Assembly: GCA_022711665.1 (NCBI GenBank)
Contig: JAKLEN010000004.1
Span: 528 to 64,527, forward strand
Length of the DNA stretch: 64,000 nucleotides
Origin: Acidobacteriota bacterium
GTDB lineage: Bacteria; Acidobacteriota; Aminicenantia; Aminicenantales; Saccharicenantaceae
Direction: 5' to 3'
The notes beneath the pieces were generated by a model that saw only the letters and a program-made list of their open reading frames with translations, did no database searches and was not told where the DNA came from. Positions within the stretch are counted from its first letter, which is position 1. Every line of letters starts with the position of its first letter. The translations under genes and the position numbers were made by a program. This document shows, one piece after another, positions 48,388 through 59,144 of this stretch.

Positions 48388-48951
48388 ATGGACCTGAAAG
48401 AAGCCATCTACACCCGCCGCTCCATCCGCGCCTACGAGCGCAAACCGGTCGAGAAGGCCGTCGTCCGCGAGCTGATCGAGGCCGCCGTCCAGGCCCCTTG
48501 CGGCATGGCCGCCCAGGCCTGGAGCTTCGCCGTCATCGAGGACGCCGAGCTCCTCGCCGACCTCGACGCCCGGACCAAGACCTTCATGCTCGGGATGATC
48601 GAGAGCGTTCCGCCACTGGAGCGATATCGCCCGATCCTCGAGGACCCCGGCTTCCGCATCATGTTCGGCGCGCCGGTGCTCGTCCTCGTCTGCGCCAGGC
48701 CGGACGTTTCCCCTTCCGCTGAGACCGATTGCGCCCTGGCCGCCGAGAATCTCATGCTGGCGGCGCGCGGCCACGGTCTGGGGACCTGCTGGATGGGCTT
48801 CGTGGAGCTGTATCTCGAGTCCGCCGAGGGCAGGGAGCGGTTCGGGATCCCGGAAGGCCACAAGATCGCGGCGCCGATCATCGTCGGCTACCCGGCCGTC
48901 AAGTTCACGGCCGTCAACAGAAAGGCCCCGGATCTCCTCTTCTGGAAATAG
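48388..48951 (+). CDS. Nitroreductase-family (NfsB/FRP fold) oxidoreductase
   Basis: Motifs RRSIRAY and GLGTCWMG. 187 aa. Confidence 0.8.
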   Translation: MDLKEAIYTRRSIRAYERKPVEKAVVRELIEAAVQAPCGMAAQAWSFAVIEDAELLADLDARTKTFMLGMIESVPPLERYRPILEDPGFRIMFGAPVLVLVCARPDVSPSAETDCALAAENLMLAARGHGLGTCWMGFVELYLESAEGRERFGIPEGHKIAAPIIVGYPAVKFTAVNRKAPDLLFWK

Positions 48952-49325
48952 CGCGCCGCCGGCGCTCCCCAGCTACGGAGAACGCGGCTAATTTCGGGAC
49001 CTTGATCAGCCGGCCGGCCGGCGGCACGGCCGCGAGCTCCAGGCCGTTGAAGACCGCGCCCCAAGGCCAGGACCGCGGAAGGGGAGAGCGCTGTAATAAA
49101 CCTGATCGCAGCCATGCCGGAACCGAGTCGGGCCATGGGCGAGCGGCTGCATGCGATCATCAGAGACCGTCGGCTTCACCCAAGACGCGAAGCTCGATGA
49201 AGGCCGGCTCTGGCCGACGGCCTTCGCGCTGGCGGAGCTGACGGCCGCCGAGGAAGCCAGGATCGCCGGGCTCGTGAAGAAGGCGGTCGGCTGATCCCGC
49301 CGGAAAGCCCGGCTTGGGCCGGAGA

Positions 49326-50168
49326 TCAGGACAGGTCGGGCCGCCGGCGCCCGTTCTTCAGCATGACCGCCGCGCTGATCCAGAAGACGACGCCCATGAA
49401 GGCCCACAGGGGGAAGAAGGTCCAGGCGTCCTTCACCCCGGCGGCTGCCTGGAACGGCGTGGAAACGACCAGCACCAGGGCGATGATCGAGCACTGCACG
49501 TTCATGGCCAGCGCCAGCACCCGGCCCCAGGGCCGGCCTTTCCAGAGCCAAACGGCGCCGAGCGTGAGCGGCGGCACGATCAGGGTCAGGTCGAGGGCGG
49601 CCACCATGTGCGTGGTCCCGCCGGTATCGAGGATCAGTTGCGGAACCTTGCCGTTGGCGACGAACAGCAGGCTCTGGCCGATCCACATGACGGCCAGGAT
49701 GGCCGCCATCGCCAGCATGGCCAGGCCGACCGGCTTCCGTGCGGGATCGGGCCCGGGCGCGCCGATCCGCCCGGGATGGATGGCCAGCAGGACGGCGACA
49801 ACCGTAGCCGCCGACAGGACGAAGACCGCGGCGTAGACGAGGAAGAAGCGGTTGAAGGCCGTGAACAGGTAATAGACATTGTTGTAAAAGACATAATACG
49901 CGAGGCCCGCCAGGAACGGCAGGGCCCGCGGCGCTCCCCGCCGGGCCAGGAACAGCGCGCCGAGGAGGAGCGGGACGACGAGCAGCAGCGTCACCCAGTC
50001 GGTCCCCCTGTAGATCGAGACGACCCAGGCGTTGTCCCGGTAGAGCCCCCTGATGAAGAGGCCGCCGGCGGCCTGAAGGAAGACGAAGGCCGTGAGGATG
50101 GCCGGGAGAGAACGGGCCGGGCCGGAAAGTGAGGCCGGCGCCTGGCTTTCGCCGATCTGAGCGCTCAT
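49326..50168 (-). CDS. Hypothetical polytopic membrane protein
   Basis: ATG at 50168 with RBS GGAGG. About 8 hydrophobic helices. The upstream part of the ORF-track entry (to 50462) is a Pro/Arg-rich frame extension. Confidence 0.45.
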   Translation of the reverse strand: MSAQIGESQAPASLSGPARSLPAILTAFVFLQAAGGLFIRGLYRDNAWVVSIYRGTDWVTLLLVVPLLLGALFLARRGAPRALPFLAGLAYYVFYNNVYYLFTAFNRFFLVYAAVFVLSAATVVAVLLAIHPGRIGAPGPDPARKPVGLAMLAMAAILAVMWIGQSLLFVANGKVPQLILDTGGTTHMVAALDLTLIVPPLTLGAVWLWKGRPWGRVLALAMNVQCSIIALVLVVSTPFQAAAGVKDAWTFFPLWAFMGVVFWISAAVMLKNGRRRPDLS

Positions 50169-50274
50169 CCTTATCCTCCTTTGTTTGACCCTTTGAATAC
50201 TAGATCGTCGGGGAAAACGCAAGCCGGGTACCGCCGGACCGTCCGCCTCGTTGATCAGAAGGGCCTCGGCAGGC

Positions 50275-52896
50275 TCATTCGTAGCGGAGGGATTCCGCCG
50301 GATTTTCCGTCGCCGCCCGGACGGCCTTGTAGGTGACGGACAACAAGGCCATGAGGACCGAGAACAGGAGCGCGAGCAGGGCGGGGCCGATCCCGGGGCT
50401 GATGCGATAGGCGAATCCCCGGAGCCATCTTCCCGCGGCGAAATACGCGGCGGGCCAGGCAAGGACGTTGGCCGCCAGGACCCAAACCAGGAATTCCCGG
50501 CTCTGCATCAGGACCAGTCCCCGGGCCGAAGCGCCCAGGACCTTGCGGATGCCGATCTCCTTGGTCCGCTTCTCGGCGATGAAGGCGGCCAATCCGACGA
50601 GGCCCAAGCACGCGGTGAACAAGGCCAGGACGGCGAAAACGCTCAGGATCGTCCGTGTCTTCCGGTCTTGATTGTAGAAAGAGTCGATCTTGTCGTCGAT
50701 GAAGCTGTAGATAAACGGCCTGCCGGGAGCATAGGCCTTCCATTCCCTTTCCAGGAACTTGATCGTCTCGTCGAGACGGGCCTCGTCGATGCGAAGGTTG
50801 ATGTACGGCGAATGGGACCAGGTAAAGACCATGGGTTCGATGGCCTGGCGGAGCGTCGTCTGGTGGAAATCCCTGAGGACGCCGATGATTGTATAAGTCG
50901 ACGTTTCGATCTGGCCCTCGTCGGACATCGCCGTGATCTTCAGTCTCCGGCCCAGAGGCGAAGCCGGGCCCAGGACCCGGGCCGCCGTTTCGTTGATGAC
51001 CGCGGCGTCACTGCGGTCCGACTCCATATCCTTCGAAAAGAACCGGCCCTCGGCCATTGCGGCCCGGAAGACCTCCAAAAAGTCGGGGTCCGCGGCGGCC
51101 CGCAGGAAGGGCGTGTGATCATCGGGATCCTTGCCTTCCCAGGAAACGTCCGAGGCCGCCCGGAGCTGTCCTCCCGGCGGCGTTGACCATGAAGATCTCA
51201 AGATCCGGGGGTCGGCCAGGATGGCCTGGCGGTGAGCTTCCGACCGGAACATGGTCATCACGACGAAGTGCGTATCGACGCCGAGGTTCTTGTTTCTGAT
51301 GAACCGGAGCTGTTTGTCGGCGACGAGAGTTCCGATCAGGAAGAAAACGGTCAGAGCGAACTGGAAGACGATGAGGCCCTTTCGCAGGACTGCCTGGTGG
51401 TCCCGGCCGCCGCCGAGGAAGCTTCCCTTGAGGACCGAAGCCGGCTGGAAAGAGGCCAGACGGAGGGCGGGGAAGCTGCCGGCCAGCAGGCCGGAGCCGA
51501 TGGTCACGCCGAGGACGATCGCCAGCAACCCCGGCCTGAAAAGCCGGGCGAACGCCAGATCCTTCCCGGCGAGGTCGTTAAAGAGGGGGAGGGCGGCCCA
51601 AATCAAAAGGAGGGCAAGGCCCAGACCCAGCAGGGCCTGGAGGACGGCTTCGCCGAGAAACTGGCGGACGATATCGGAGCGGCGGGCCCCCGTAACCTTG
51701 CGCAGGCCGACCTCCTTGCCGCGGTTGGCCGCGCGGGCGGTAGCCAGGTTCATGAAATTGATGCAGGCGAGAAGCAGGACGGCCGCCGCCGCGATCGAGA
51801 AGAGGGCCAGCGTCGACGCGCTCCCCTGGCTCACGTTGTCACTGTCAAAGGCGAAGTCCGAGCGCAGATGAACGTCCTCGAGCGGCTGGAGGCGGATGGC
51901 CATATCCGGTCTGTCGAGCCCTGTCCGCAAGAGATCGGACAGTTTGGACGACGCCCGGGAGGCGTCCGCACCGGGCGCCAACCGGACGTAAGCGGCGAAG
52001 AACTTGCTGTTCCAGCTCTCGAAGTCGACGTGGTGGTAATTGTGCATGTTGATGATCGGGATGACGCAGGAGAACCGCAGGTGCGAATTCCGGGGCACAT
52101 CGCGCATGATCCCCGTCACCGCAAAGGCGTCCGCGCCGATCGTCACGGGCTGTCCCAGGGGGTCGGCGTCCCCGAAAAGCTTGCGGGCCAGGCTCTCCGT
52201 AAGCACGACCGAAAGCGGTCCTTCGAGGGCCGTTCTTGGATCTCCCTTGATCAGCGGGAAGCTGAAGAACGTGAAAAAGGACGGATCGGCCACGCCGACG
52301 GTCTCGTAGGGGAAGGACTTGTCGCCACTCTTTACGCCGTAGTAGCTGCTTGTCCGATAGCGGCAATAATCCTGGATCTCAGGCAGGCTGGCCTTGGCGG
52401 CCGGAGCGAGGGGAGTGGCGGGATGGGCGTCCCGCATCGTGCCGGTCCCGTTCGGCGTTTCCGCGATCAGGCGGTAGATCGAATCCCGGTCGGCGTGGAA
52501 CCGGTCGAAACCGGCCTCATCCGAGACCCAGAGCATCATGAGAACGCAGCAAGCGAGGCCAACGGCCAAGCCGGCGACGGTGATGAAGGAATAACCTTTC
52601 TGACGCCGCATCTTCCTCAATGCGATCCGGACATAGTTTCCGAAAAGAGCGCCCCCGAAGCCGTGAGGCGAGCGGACCTTATCGAACTCGTCGCCGATAA
52701 CCTTGGTCTCTCCCATTCCGGAGCGGGCCAGGCGAAAGGCCTCCTCCTGGCCTGCGCCGCGGCGGACGCGGTCGGCCACCTCGTCGCGCAGGGCCGCCTC
52801 GAGTTCGGCGATGTCTGAGTCCTCGAGGGAGGGGTTCTTCGCGAGCTCCCGCTTCCAGGTCCTGATCTCTCTTTCAAGGTCGAACATGTTGTTCAT
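50275..52896 (-). CDS. FtsX/MacB-type ABC transporter permease with N-terminal 'permease prefix' domain (PadR-associated type)
   Basis: N-terminal ~90-aa soluble prefix (MNNMFDLEREIRTWKRE…). Two FtsX-like 4-TM modules with a large periplasmic MacB-PCD-like domain. Immediately downstream of PadR. Confidence 0.8.
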   Translation of the reverse strand: MNNMFDLEREIRTWKRELAKNPSLEDSDIAELEAALRDEVADRVRRGAGQEEAFRLARSGMGETKVIGDEFDKVRSPHGFGGALFGNYVRIALRKMRRQKGYSFITVAGLAVGLACCVLMMLWVSDEAGFDRFHADRDSIYRLIAETPNGTGTMRDAHPATPLAPAAKASLPEIQDYCRYRTSSYYGVKSGDKSFPYETVGVADPSFFTFFSFPLIKGDPRTALEGPLSVVLTESLARKLFGDADPLGQPVTIGADAFAVTGIMRDVPRNSHLRFSCVIPIINMHNYHHVDFESWNSKFFAAYVRLAPGADASRASSKLSDLLRTGLDRPDMAIRLQPLEDVHLRSDFAFDSDNVSQGSASTLALFSIAAAAVLLLACINFMNLATARAANRGKEVGLRKVTGARRSDIVRQFLGEAVLQALLGLGLALLLIWAALPLFNDLAGKDLAFARLFRPGLLAIVLGVTIGSGLLAGSFPALRLASFQPASVLKGSFLGGGRDHQAVLRKGLIVFQFALTVFFLIGTLVADKQLRFIRNKNLGVDTHFVVMTMFRSEAHRQAILADPRILRSSWSTPPGGQLRAASDVSWEGKDPDDHTPFLRAAADPDFLEVFRAAMAEGRFFSKDMESDRSDAAVINETAARVLGPASPLGRRLKITAMSDEGQIETSTYTIIGVLRDFHQTTLRQAIEPMVFTWSHSPYINLRIDEARLDETIKFLEREWKAYAPGRPFIYSFIDDKIDSFYNQDRKTRTILSVFAVLALFTACLGLVGLAAFIAEKRTKEIGIRKVLGASARGLVLMQSREFLVWVLAANVLAWPAAYFAAGRWLRGFAYRISPGIGPALLALLFSVLMALLSVTYKAVRAATENPAESLRYE

Positions 52897-52908
52897 CCTC
52901 GGCGTTGT

Positions 52909-53247
52909 TTATTCCTCGGCCCCGGCGGTCGCCCAGGCTTTTCGGAGGGCGCCGTTGACGCTCAGCCAGCGGGCCTTCTCTTTGGCGGATTCTCCCCGGC
53001 CGAGGTCGGTCAGCCGGTAGTATCTCCTCATGCGGTTCTCCCCTGAGACACGCCAGTCGGAGCGGATCAGTCCTTCCTTTTCCAGCCGCCGCAGGACCGG
53101 GTAGATCATGGCGCTCGACCATTCGAGCTCGCCCCCCGAGACGCGGTGGACGCGCTGCAGGATCTGATACCCGTAGCTTTCTCCGGAGAGGAGAAGAGCG
53201 AGTATCATGGGTTTGGCCGAGGCCGCGACGAGCGTATCCGAGGACAT
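52909..53247 (-). CDS. PadR-family transcriptional regulator
   Basis: PadR wHTH (MILALLLSGESYGYQILQRV…IYPVLRRLEKEGLI…RRYYRLT). RBS GGGAG. Confidence 0.8.
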   Translation of the reverse strand: MSSDTLVAASAKPMILALLLSGESYGYQILQRVHRVSGGELEWSSAMIYPVLRRLEKEGLIRSDWRVSGENRMRRYYRLTDLGRGESAKEKARWLSVNGALRKAWATAGAEE

Positions 53248-53592
53248 GGCATATCTCCCAAAATAGCATAGGCATCGTCGTTACATATGCTCAAACCGTG
53301 CCAAAGCCGGCTCGCGAAAGCGCGCCGAGACGCCGGAGGCTTGGCTCGCGCCGGTGTCCGGACCGGCACAGCAACCGTCCGGAAACGGACAGGCGACGTG
53401 GGCAAAGTACGGTTTAAAAGGGGACCAGGATTCTGGCTCCAGGTTCCCGCGAGCGGCGATGAGCAGGCTTTGGACTGGCGCTCGAAAAGGGCAGGCCGTC
53501 TCGCAGCTCCCTCGGGCCTACCGGCGGTACAGCCGTCGGCGGCGGAGCCGTGTGCTCCGACAGGCGGGCGTTCGCCTCCAGATCATCTCTCT

Positions 53593-53608
53593 TGGCACGT
53601 TTGGTGCT
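53593..53608 (+). promoter_or_regulatory. Sigma54 (-24/-12) promoter TGGCACG-TTTG-GTGCT upstream of the permease gene at 53649
   Basis: Seen in sequence: GG at 53594-5 and GC at 53606-7 with the canonical 12-nt spacing. Confidence 0.5.
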
Positions 53609-53648
53609 TTACATTACGGAGAATCCGTTCCATTCTCTGAGGTGAACG

Positions 53649-56102
53649 ATGATCGCCACTCACTTGCGGTTCGCGCTCAGAAGGATCCGCCGCCAGCGGC
53701 GCTATACCCTGATCAACGTGACCGGCCTGGCCGTCGGCCTGGCCTGCTGCGTGACGATCGTCCTGTACGTCGTAAACGAGCTGACCTACGATTCCTTCCA
53801 TCCCGCCGCCGGCCGGATCTTTCGGATCGCCACGCACCAGATCAACAGCGTCGGCGAATTTCGCGCGGCCACCACGCCCGGGCCCCTGGCCCCGGCGCTG
53901 GCCGCCGGCTATCCGGAGGTCGAGCGGGCCGCCCGGATCGTGCCGCCGCCCGAGAATGCCGACCACGTCCTCGTCGCCCGGGGCGAGAGGCGCTTTTTCG
54001 AAAAGAGGGTCTGGTTCGTCGACGGGGGGATCTTCGACATCTTCCGCATTCCCGTCGTGCAGGGTGACCCCCGCTCGGCGCTGGCGCGTCCCTACACCGT
54101 CTTCATCACCGAAGGGACGGCCAAAAAGTACTTCGGCGGCGAGCCGGCCTTCGGGCGAACGCTCCAGATCGAGGTCGATTACGACACGGGGACGACGAAA
54201 CTCCAGGATTTCGAGGTGGCCGGGATCATCCGGAACGCGCCGTCGAACACGCACTTCAAGTACGACCTGCTCCTGTCCATGCCCACACTCGCCGCGAACG
54301 TCCCGTCCCTCGATGAGGACCGGATCGATTACCACGCCAAGTACACCTACGTGAAGCTCGCCGCCTCGGCCGACCCGGCGGCCTTCGAAAAGCGGATCCA
54401 ACGCGAGGCGGAGGTCGGACGCAGGAAGTACGAAGAGCGGTTTAACCGGCGGCTGGCCCTGGGAGAATATTTCCTTCAGCCGGTGACCCGGATCCACATG
54501 TCCTCGCGGCTTCTTCAGGAGGTCGATCCCCCCGGCAACTGGGATTATGTCTATATCTACTCCGTAATCGCCTTCCTCATCCTGCTCATCGGGGTCCTGA
54601 ACTTCGTCAACTTGTCCGCGGCCCTATCGGTCGTCCGCAAGCGGGAGATCGGCCTGCGCAAGGTCGTCGGAGCCCAGCGCCGCCAGATCGCCGGGCAGAT
54701 CCTGGGCGAGTCCTTCCTGATCACGCTCGTTGCCTTCGTCGCCGGGATCGGGCTCTCGTCGCTCCTCCTCCTCCCGTTCAATCAGATGGCCGGCACGGAC
54801 CTGACCATGGCCGGCCTCGGAAGGCCCGAGGCGGTCCTCTCCCTCATCGGCCTGCTCGTTCTTGTCAGCCTGGGCTCGGCCTTCTATCCCGCCCTGATCC
54901 TGAATTCCTTCCGGCCGGCGGCCATCGTCCAGGGCCGCGGGACGGCCGCGCCGCGCGGCTCTTTCGCCCAGAGGGCGCTCGTCGTCGGCCAGTTCGCGAT
55001 CTCCGTCCTTCTCGTCATCTCCACGCTGACCGTCTTCCGCCAGCTCCGGTTCATGAAGGGCCAGGCGCTCGGATTCGATCTCGATCAAAAGATCGTCCTG
55101 CGGGTGCAAAGCCATCTCGGCCATTTCCGCAGGGACAGGGAGGCCGTCAAGCGGGATTTCAGGGCGCATCCGTCGGTCCGGGGCGTCACGGTCTCGTCCC
55201 GCATTCCCGGCGAACGGTCCGGAGCCGGATATTATCTGTCGACGCGGCCAGAGAACTTCCAGGGAGCGCCCCGGCTCAAGGTCATCGCCGTGGATGAGGA
55301 TTTCATAGGCCAGTACGGCATCCGCATGGCCGCCGGGCGTCCCTTCGGAAGCGCCGACGGCCCGGACCGGAGAGAGGCCTTCATCGTCAACAAGGCCGGC
55401 GCCAAGGCGCTGGGCTTTGCCGCGCCCCAGGACGCGCTGGACAAGTCCTTCCAGGCCCACTACAACCGGTTGACCAAGCGCATCGTGGGCGTCACCGAGG
55501 ACTTTCACTACCTCGGCATGAAGGACGCGGTCGAGCCTCTCATCCTGGACATCGAGCCCTCCCTCCTGAGCGTCATCACCCTGTCCGTCCGCGTCGACCG
55601 GATGGACGACCTCCTGCGCTTCCTGCGGCGAACCTGGGAGGTCCATTTCCCGGGCGTCCCGTTCGAGTACGCCTTCCTGGACGAGAGCTTCGGCCAGGCT
55701 TACCGGTACGAGGAGCAGATGGGGCGCCTGCTGGGGATCATGGCCGCGCTGGGCATCGGCGTCGCTTGTCTCGGCCTCTTCGGCCTTTCGTCATTCATCG
55801 CCAGGAGACGGGAAAAGGAGATCGGCATACGGAAGGTCCTGGGCGCCTCGAGCCTGAGGATCATCTCGCTGCTTTCCCTCCAATATGTCAGGCCCGTGGC
55901 CGTCGCGGTCGCGATCGCCGCGCCCGTCGCCTGGTACGCCATGGGCCGCTGGCTGCGCGAATTCGCCTACCGGATCGAGCTCGATATCATGATCACCTTG
56001 ATCTCGGCGGCCGCGGCCTTGGGCATCGCCCTGGCCACGGTCGGGCTTCAGAGCCTCCGCGCCTCCGCCTCCCGCCCCGCGGATATTCTCAGGAACGAGT
56101 AG
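53649..56102 (+). CDS. FtsX/MacB-type ABC transporter permease (two 4-TM FtsX modules, large periplasmic domains)
   Basis: N-terminus MIATHLRFALRRIRRQRRYTLINVTGLAVGLA… typical of MacB-like permeases. Repeated FtsX C-terminal motifs (…EIGLRKVVGA…, …EIGIRKVLGAS…). Confidence 0.8.
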   Translation: MIATHLRFALRRIRRQRRYTLINVTGLAVGLACCVTIVLYVVNELTYDSFHPAAGRIFRIATHQINSVGEFRAATTPGPLAPALAAGYPEVERAARIVPPPENADHVLVARGERRFFEKRVWFVDGGIFDIFRIPVVQGDPRSALARPYTVFITEGTAKKYFGGEPAFGRTLQIEVDYDTGTTKLQDFEVAGIIRNAPSNTHFKYDLLLSMPTLAANVPSLDEDRIDYHAKYTYVKLAASADPAAFEKRIQREAEVGRRKYEERFNRRLALGEYFLQPVTRIHMSSRLLQEVDPPGNWDYVYIYSVIAFLILLIGVLNFVNLSAALSVVRKREIGLRKVVGAQRRQIAGQILGESFLITLVAFVAGIGLSSLLLLPFNQMAGTDLTMAGLGRPEAVLSLIGLLVLVSLGSAFYPALILNSFRPAAIVQGRGTAAPRGSFAQRALVVGQFAISVLLVISTLTVFRQLRFMKGQALGFDLDQKIVLRVQSHLGHFRRDREAVKRDFRAHPSVRGVTVSSRIPGERSGAGYYLSTRPENFQGAPRLKVIAVDEDFIGQYGIRMAAGRPFGSADGPDRREAFIVNKAGAKALGFAAPQDALDKSFQAHYNRLTKRIVGVTEDFHYLGMKDAVEPLILDIEPSLLSVITLSVRVDRMDDLLRFLRRTWEVHFPGVPFEYAFLDESFGQAYRYEEQMGRLLGIMAALGIGVACLGLFGLSSFIARRREKEIGIRKVLGASSLRIISLLSLQYVRPVAVAVAIAAPVAWYAMGRWLREFAYRIELDIMITLISAAAALGIALATVGLQSLRASASRPADILRNE

Positions 56103-56225
56103 GCATCATCCGGACGGCAGGCGTCCGGGATCGGATCGCCGGAGCGCCGGGAGGGCCTTCCCGGCCGTTCCTGGTCAGAGCCGCTCCGGCCAAACCGACG
56201 GATCCCCCGGGGAACGAATAGGTCC

Positions 56226-57569
56226 CTACATCCGGAACCGAAGAGTGAACACGCTTCCGAGTCCCGGCTTGGAGGAGACGCTGATCGTCCCGTTGTGAAG
56301 CTGCATGACCTGCCGGGAGAGGCTCAGGCCGATGCCCGATCCGCCCTCCTTGGTGGAGAAGAACGGGACGAAGACCTTGTCCAGGTTCTCTTCGGGAATG
56401 CCCACTCCATTGTCGCGGACCTGGATGACGGGGCGGCTTCGCTCGTCGATGTAGGCCGCGAGCTCGACGAGGGCGCCCTCCCGCCCCCGGACGGCGTCGG
56501 AGGCGTTGAGGAGGAGGTTGATGAGAACCTGCTCCAGGAGCTCCGGATCGGCCAGGAGCTCCAGGCTGTCCGGGCGGACCGAAGACGCGAACCGGGCCCC
56601 GCTCTCGGCGACCGGCCACTGAAGGAGCTGGCCGACCCGGGCAAAGAGCTCGCGCGCCGGGAAGAACTTGAGGTCCGGCTTCGGGATGCGGGTCAGGTTC
56701 CGGTAGCCCTCGACGAAGTGGACCAGGCCCTGGCTCCGCTTGGCGATGGTCCGCAGGGCCAGCTCGATGTCGCTCCAGGGATCCTGATCGCCGCGCGGGC
56801 CGCTTTTGGCGAGCAGGTCCTGGGCTGTCGCCGCCAATGAGGAGATGGGCGTCATGGAATTCATTATCTCGTGGGTCAAAACGCGGATGATCTTCTGCCA
56901 GGCCTCGATCTCCTTCTCCTCCAATTCGCTGCGGATGTCCTGGATGGAGACGAGGGTGAAGGGCTGGGCCCGGAGCTTGAACTCGGAGGCGTGAAGCGCC
57001 AGCTGAAGCTCCTCGTCCGGCCGCTTGATCCTGACCAGGGCCCGCTCCCGGGGCTTGAGTCCCAGGAGCGATGCGGCCAGGCCCGGGCTGGCTGCATCGA
57101 GAGCCTTCACGTTCTTGAGCTGGCTCACGCCCATGAGCCGCTTGGCCGCGTTGTTCATGAGATCGACCCTGCCGTCGGGCCGGAAGACGAGGAGTCCGAT
57201 GGCGACGTGGCGGACGATGGTCTGGAGGTAAAGGGCCTGTTCCTCTTTCTCGAGGCGGGCCTTCTCGAAGGCCGCCATGACCTCGGTCATCGCTTTGCGG
57301 AGCTCACGGTCGGAACGGCCGGCGCTCCCCAAGGCGAAGGACTGGGTAAAATCGCCGAACTTGACGGCCTCGAAAAAACGGGTCAGGTCGCGATTGGAGC
57401 GGTCGACGGTCCGGAAGAGGGCCGCGACCTCGACGACGATGAGCAGGGCGACGGCGACCGCGGCGGCCTGGACGCTGGTCCGGAGCACGAGGAAGAAGAA
57501 CAGCCCGGTCAACAGGAGGATCGCGCCGATGTGGACGTAGGCCAGGACGCGAAGCCTCTTAAAGACCAT
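56226..57569 (-). CDS. Sensor histidine kinase (membrane-anchored, HisKA + HATPase_c)
   Basis: H-box [15 protein letters not shown] boxes LLLNASDAV…DNGVGIPEE…GGSGIGLSL. Confidence 0.8.
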   Translation of the reverse strand: MVFKRLRVLAYVHIGAILLLTGLFFFLVLRTSVQAAAVAVALLIVVEVAALFRTVDRSNRDLTRFFEAVKFGDFTQSFALGSAGRSDRELRKAMTEVMAAFEKARLEKEEQALYLQTIVRHVAIGLLVFRPDGRVDLMNNAAKRLMGVSQLKNVKALDAASPGLAASLLGLKPRERALVRIKRPDEELQLALHASEFKLRAQPFTLVSIQDIRSELEEKEIEAWQKIIRVLTHEIMNSMTPISSLAATAQDLLAKSGPRGDQDPWSDIELALRTIAKRSQGLVHFVEGYRNLTRIPKPDLKFFPARELFARVGQLLQWPVAESGARFASSVRPDSLELLADPELLEQVLINLLLNASDAVRGREGALVELAAYIDERSRPVIQVRDNGVGIPEENLDKVFVPFFSTKEGGSGIGLSLSRQVMQLHNGTISVSSKPGLGSVFTLRFRM

Positions 57570-58932
57570 GCTTGGCCATCCGCCGGTAGAGGGCGGCCCG
57601 CGACAGGCCGAGCGCGTTGGCCGCCCGGCTGATGTTCCCTTGGTGCTTGCGGATCGCGCCTTCGACGAGGAGCCGCTCCATGTTCTCGATGTTGAGGTCC
57701 CCGGCCGCGCCCGGCGGCGGAACCTCGGCCTCGGATCCGAAGAAAAAGTCCTTGGGCTCCAGGACGCGGGACTCGCCCATGATGACCGCCCTCTCGACGG
57801 CGTGCTGGAGCTCCCGGACGTTGCCCGGCCACGAATAGGCGCGCAGCCGGTCGAAGGCGGCCGGGCTGACGGCCAGGCCGGGCTTCTGGTATTTTCGCCC
57901 GAACTGGCCGAGATAGTACTCGACGAGCAGCCGGATGTCCCCGGCTCTCTGGCGCAGGGGAGGGAGACGGATCTCGACGGTATTGACCCGGTAGAGGAGG
58001 TCCTGGCGGAACCGGTGCTGGGCGACCATCTCCGTGAGCGGCATGTTGGTCGCCGAGATCAGCCGGATGTCGATCGGCGTGGGCTTGTTCGAGCCGACGC
58101 GGAACACCTGCCGGCTCTCGAGCACGGTCAGGATCTTGGCCTGGAGAGGGAGGGAGAGGTTCCCGATCTCGTCGAGAAAGAGCGTTCCGCCACCGGCGGC
58201 CTCGAACCGGCCGGCCCGGCTGTCGCGGGCGTCGGTGAAGGCGCCCTTGACGTGCCCGAAGAGCTCGCTCTCGAAGAGCGTCTCCGGAAGGGCGCTCATG
58301 TCCACGGCGATGAACGCCTCGCCGGCGCGCGGCGAGCGGCGGTGGATCTCGCGGGCGACGAGCTCCTTTCCCGTGCCGTTCTCGCCCAGGATGAGGACGT
58401 TGGCCTCCGTCGCGGCGACCTTGCGGACCAGGGTGAAGACGGCCTCCATGGCCGGGCTGTCGCCAATGACGTCCCGGAACGGCTGGTCGAGGTCGGCGCT
58501 GAGCACGTGCTGCCGGCCCTGGAGGGCCAGGGCCTCGTCCCGCGACCGCCGCAGGCTGAGGGCCGCGTTGAGGGTCGCCAGCAGCTTCTCGTTCTGCCAG
58601 GGCTTGAGGACGAAATCCGAGGCTCCCTCCTTGACCGCCCGCACCGCGAGGTCGACGTCGCCGTAGGCCGTGATCAGGACGACCACCGCGGCGGGGTCGA
58701 GGTCCAGTATCTTCCGCAGCCAGGCGAATCCTTCCTGCCCGGCGGTCGCGCCCTTGGCGAAGTTCATGTCGAGCAGGATGACGTCGTAGCTTTCGGCCCC
58801 GAGGAGGGCCGGGATCCGATCGGGGTTCGGCGTGGTCTCGACGAAGGCCAGGTGCTGCTTGAGGAGCAGCCGTCCGGCGCTGAGGATGTCCTCGTCGTCG
58901 TCGATGATCAGGACTTTGCCGGTCTTGTTCAT
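57559..58932 (-). CDS. Sigma54-dependent response regulator (NtrC family: REC + AAA+ sigma54-interaction + Fis-type HTH)
   Basis: Receiver domain VLIIDDDEDIL…DVILLDMNF. Walker A GENGTGKE. GAFTGA-type motif (HVKGAFTDA). ESELFGH. C-terminal HTH. ATG at 58932 with RBS AGGGAG. Confidence 0.85.
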   Translation of the reverse strand: MNKTGKVLIIDDDEDILSAGRLLLKQHLAFVETTPNPDRIPALLGAESYDVILLDMNFAKGATAGQEGFAWLRKILDLDPAAVVVLITAYGDVDLAVRAVKEGASDFVLKPWQNEKLLATLNAALSLRRSRDEALALQGRQHVLSADLDQPFRDVIGDSPAMEAVFTLVRKVAATEANVLILGENGTGKELVAREIHRRSPRAGEAFIAVDMSALPETLFESELFGHVKGAFTDARDSRAGRFEAAGGGTLFLDEIGNLSLPLQAKILTVLESRQVFRVGSNKPTPIDIRLISATNMPLTEMVAQHRFRQDLLYRVNTVEIRLPPLRQRAGDIRLLVEYYLGQFGRKYQKPGLAVSPAAFDRLRAYSWPGNVRELQHAVERAVIMGESRVLEPKDFFFGSEAEVPPPGAAGDLNIENMERLLVEGAIRKHQGNISRAANALGLSRAALYRRMAKHGL

Positions 58933-59102
58933 TCGAGCTCCCTGGTCCCGGTGTGGAGCAAGAAACGTACCCGAACGGGCCCCCCCGACGGGCGCCCCAT
59001 TATAATTCAAACTGTCCGGAAAAGGACAGTCGTTGTTGCTCATCCGGACACTTTTCCCCTGGGAAACCGCCCCGAAGGCCTCTCCGGCCGGGGAGGTCCG
59101 CC

Positions 59103-59118
59103 TGGCATGTTTTGTGCA
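59103..59118 (+). promoter_or_regulatory. Sigma54 (-24/-12) promoter TGGCATG-TTTT-GTGCA upstream of the membrane-fusion-protein gene
   Basis: Seen in sequence: GG at 59104-5 and GC at 59116-7 (12-nt spacing). Strongly resembles the promoter at 53593. Confidence 0.5.
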
Positions 59119-59144
59119 TTTTAGCGGTCCGTGCGAGACCGAAC

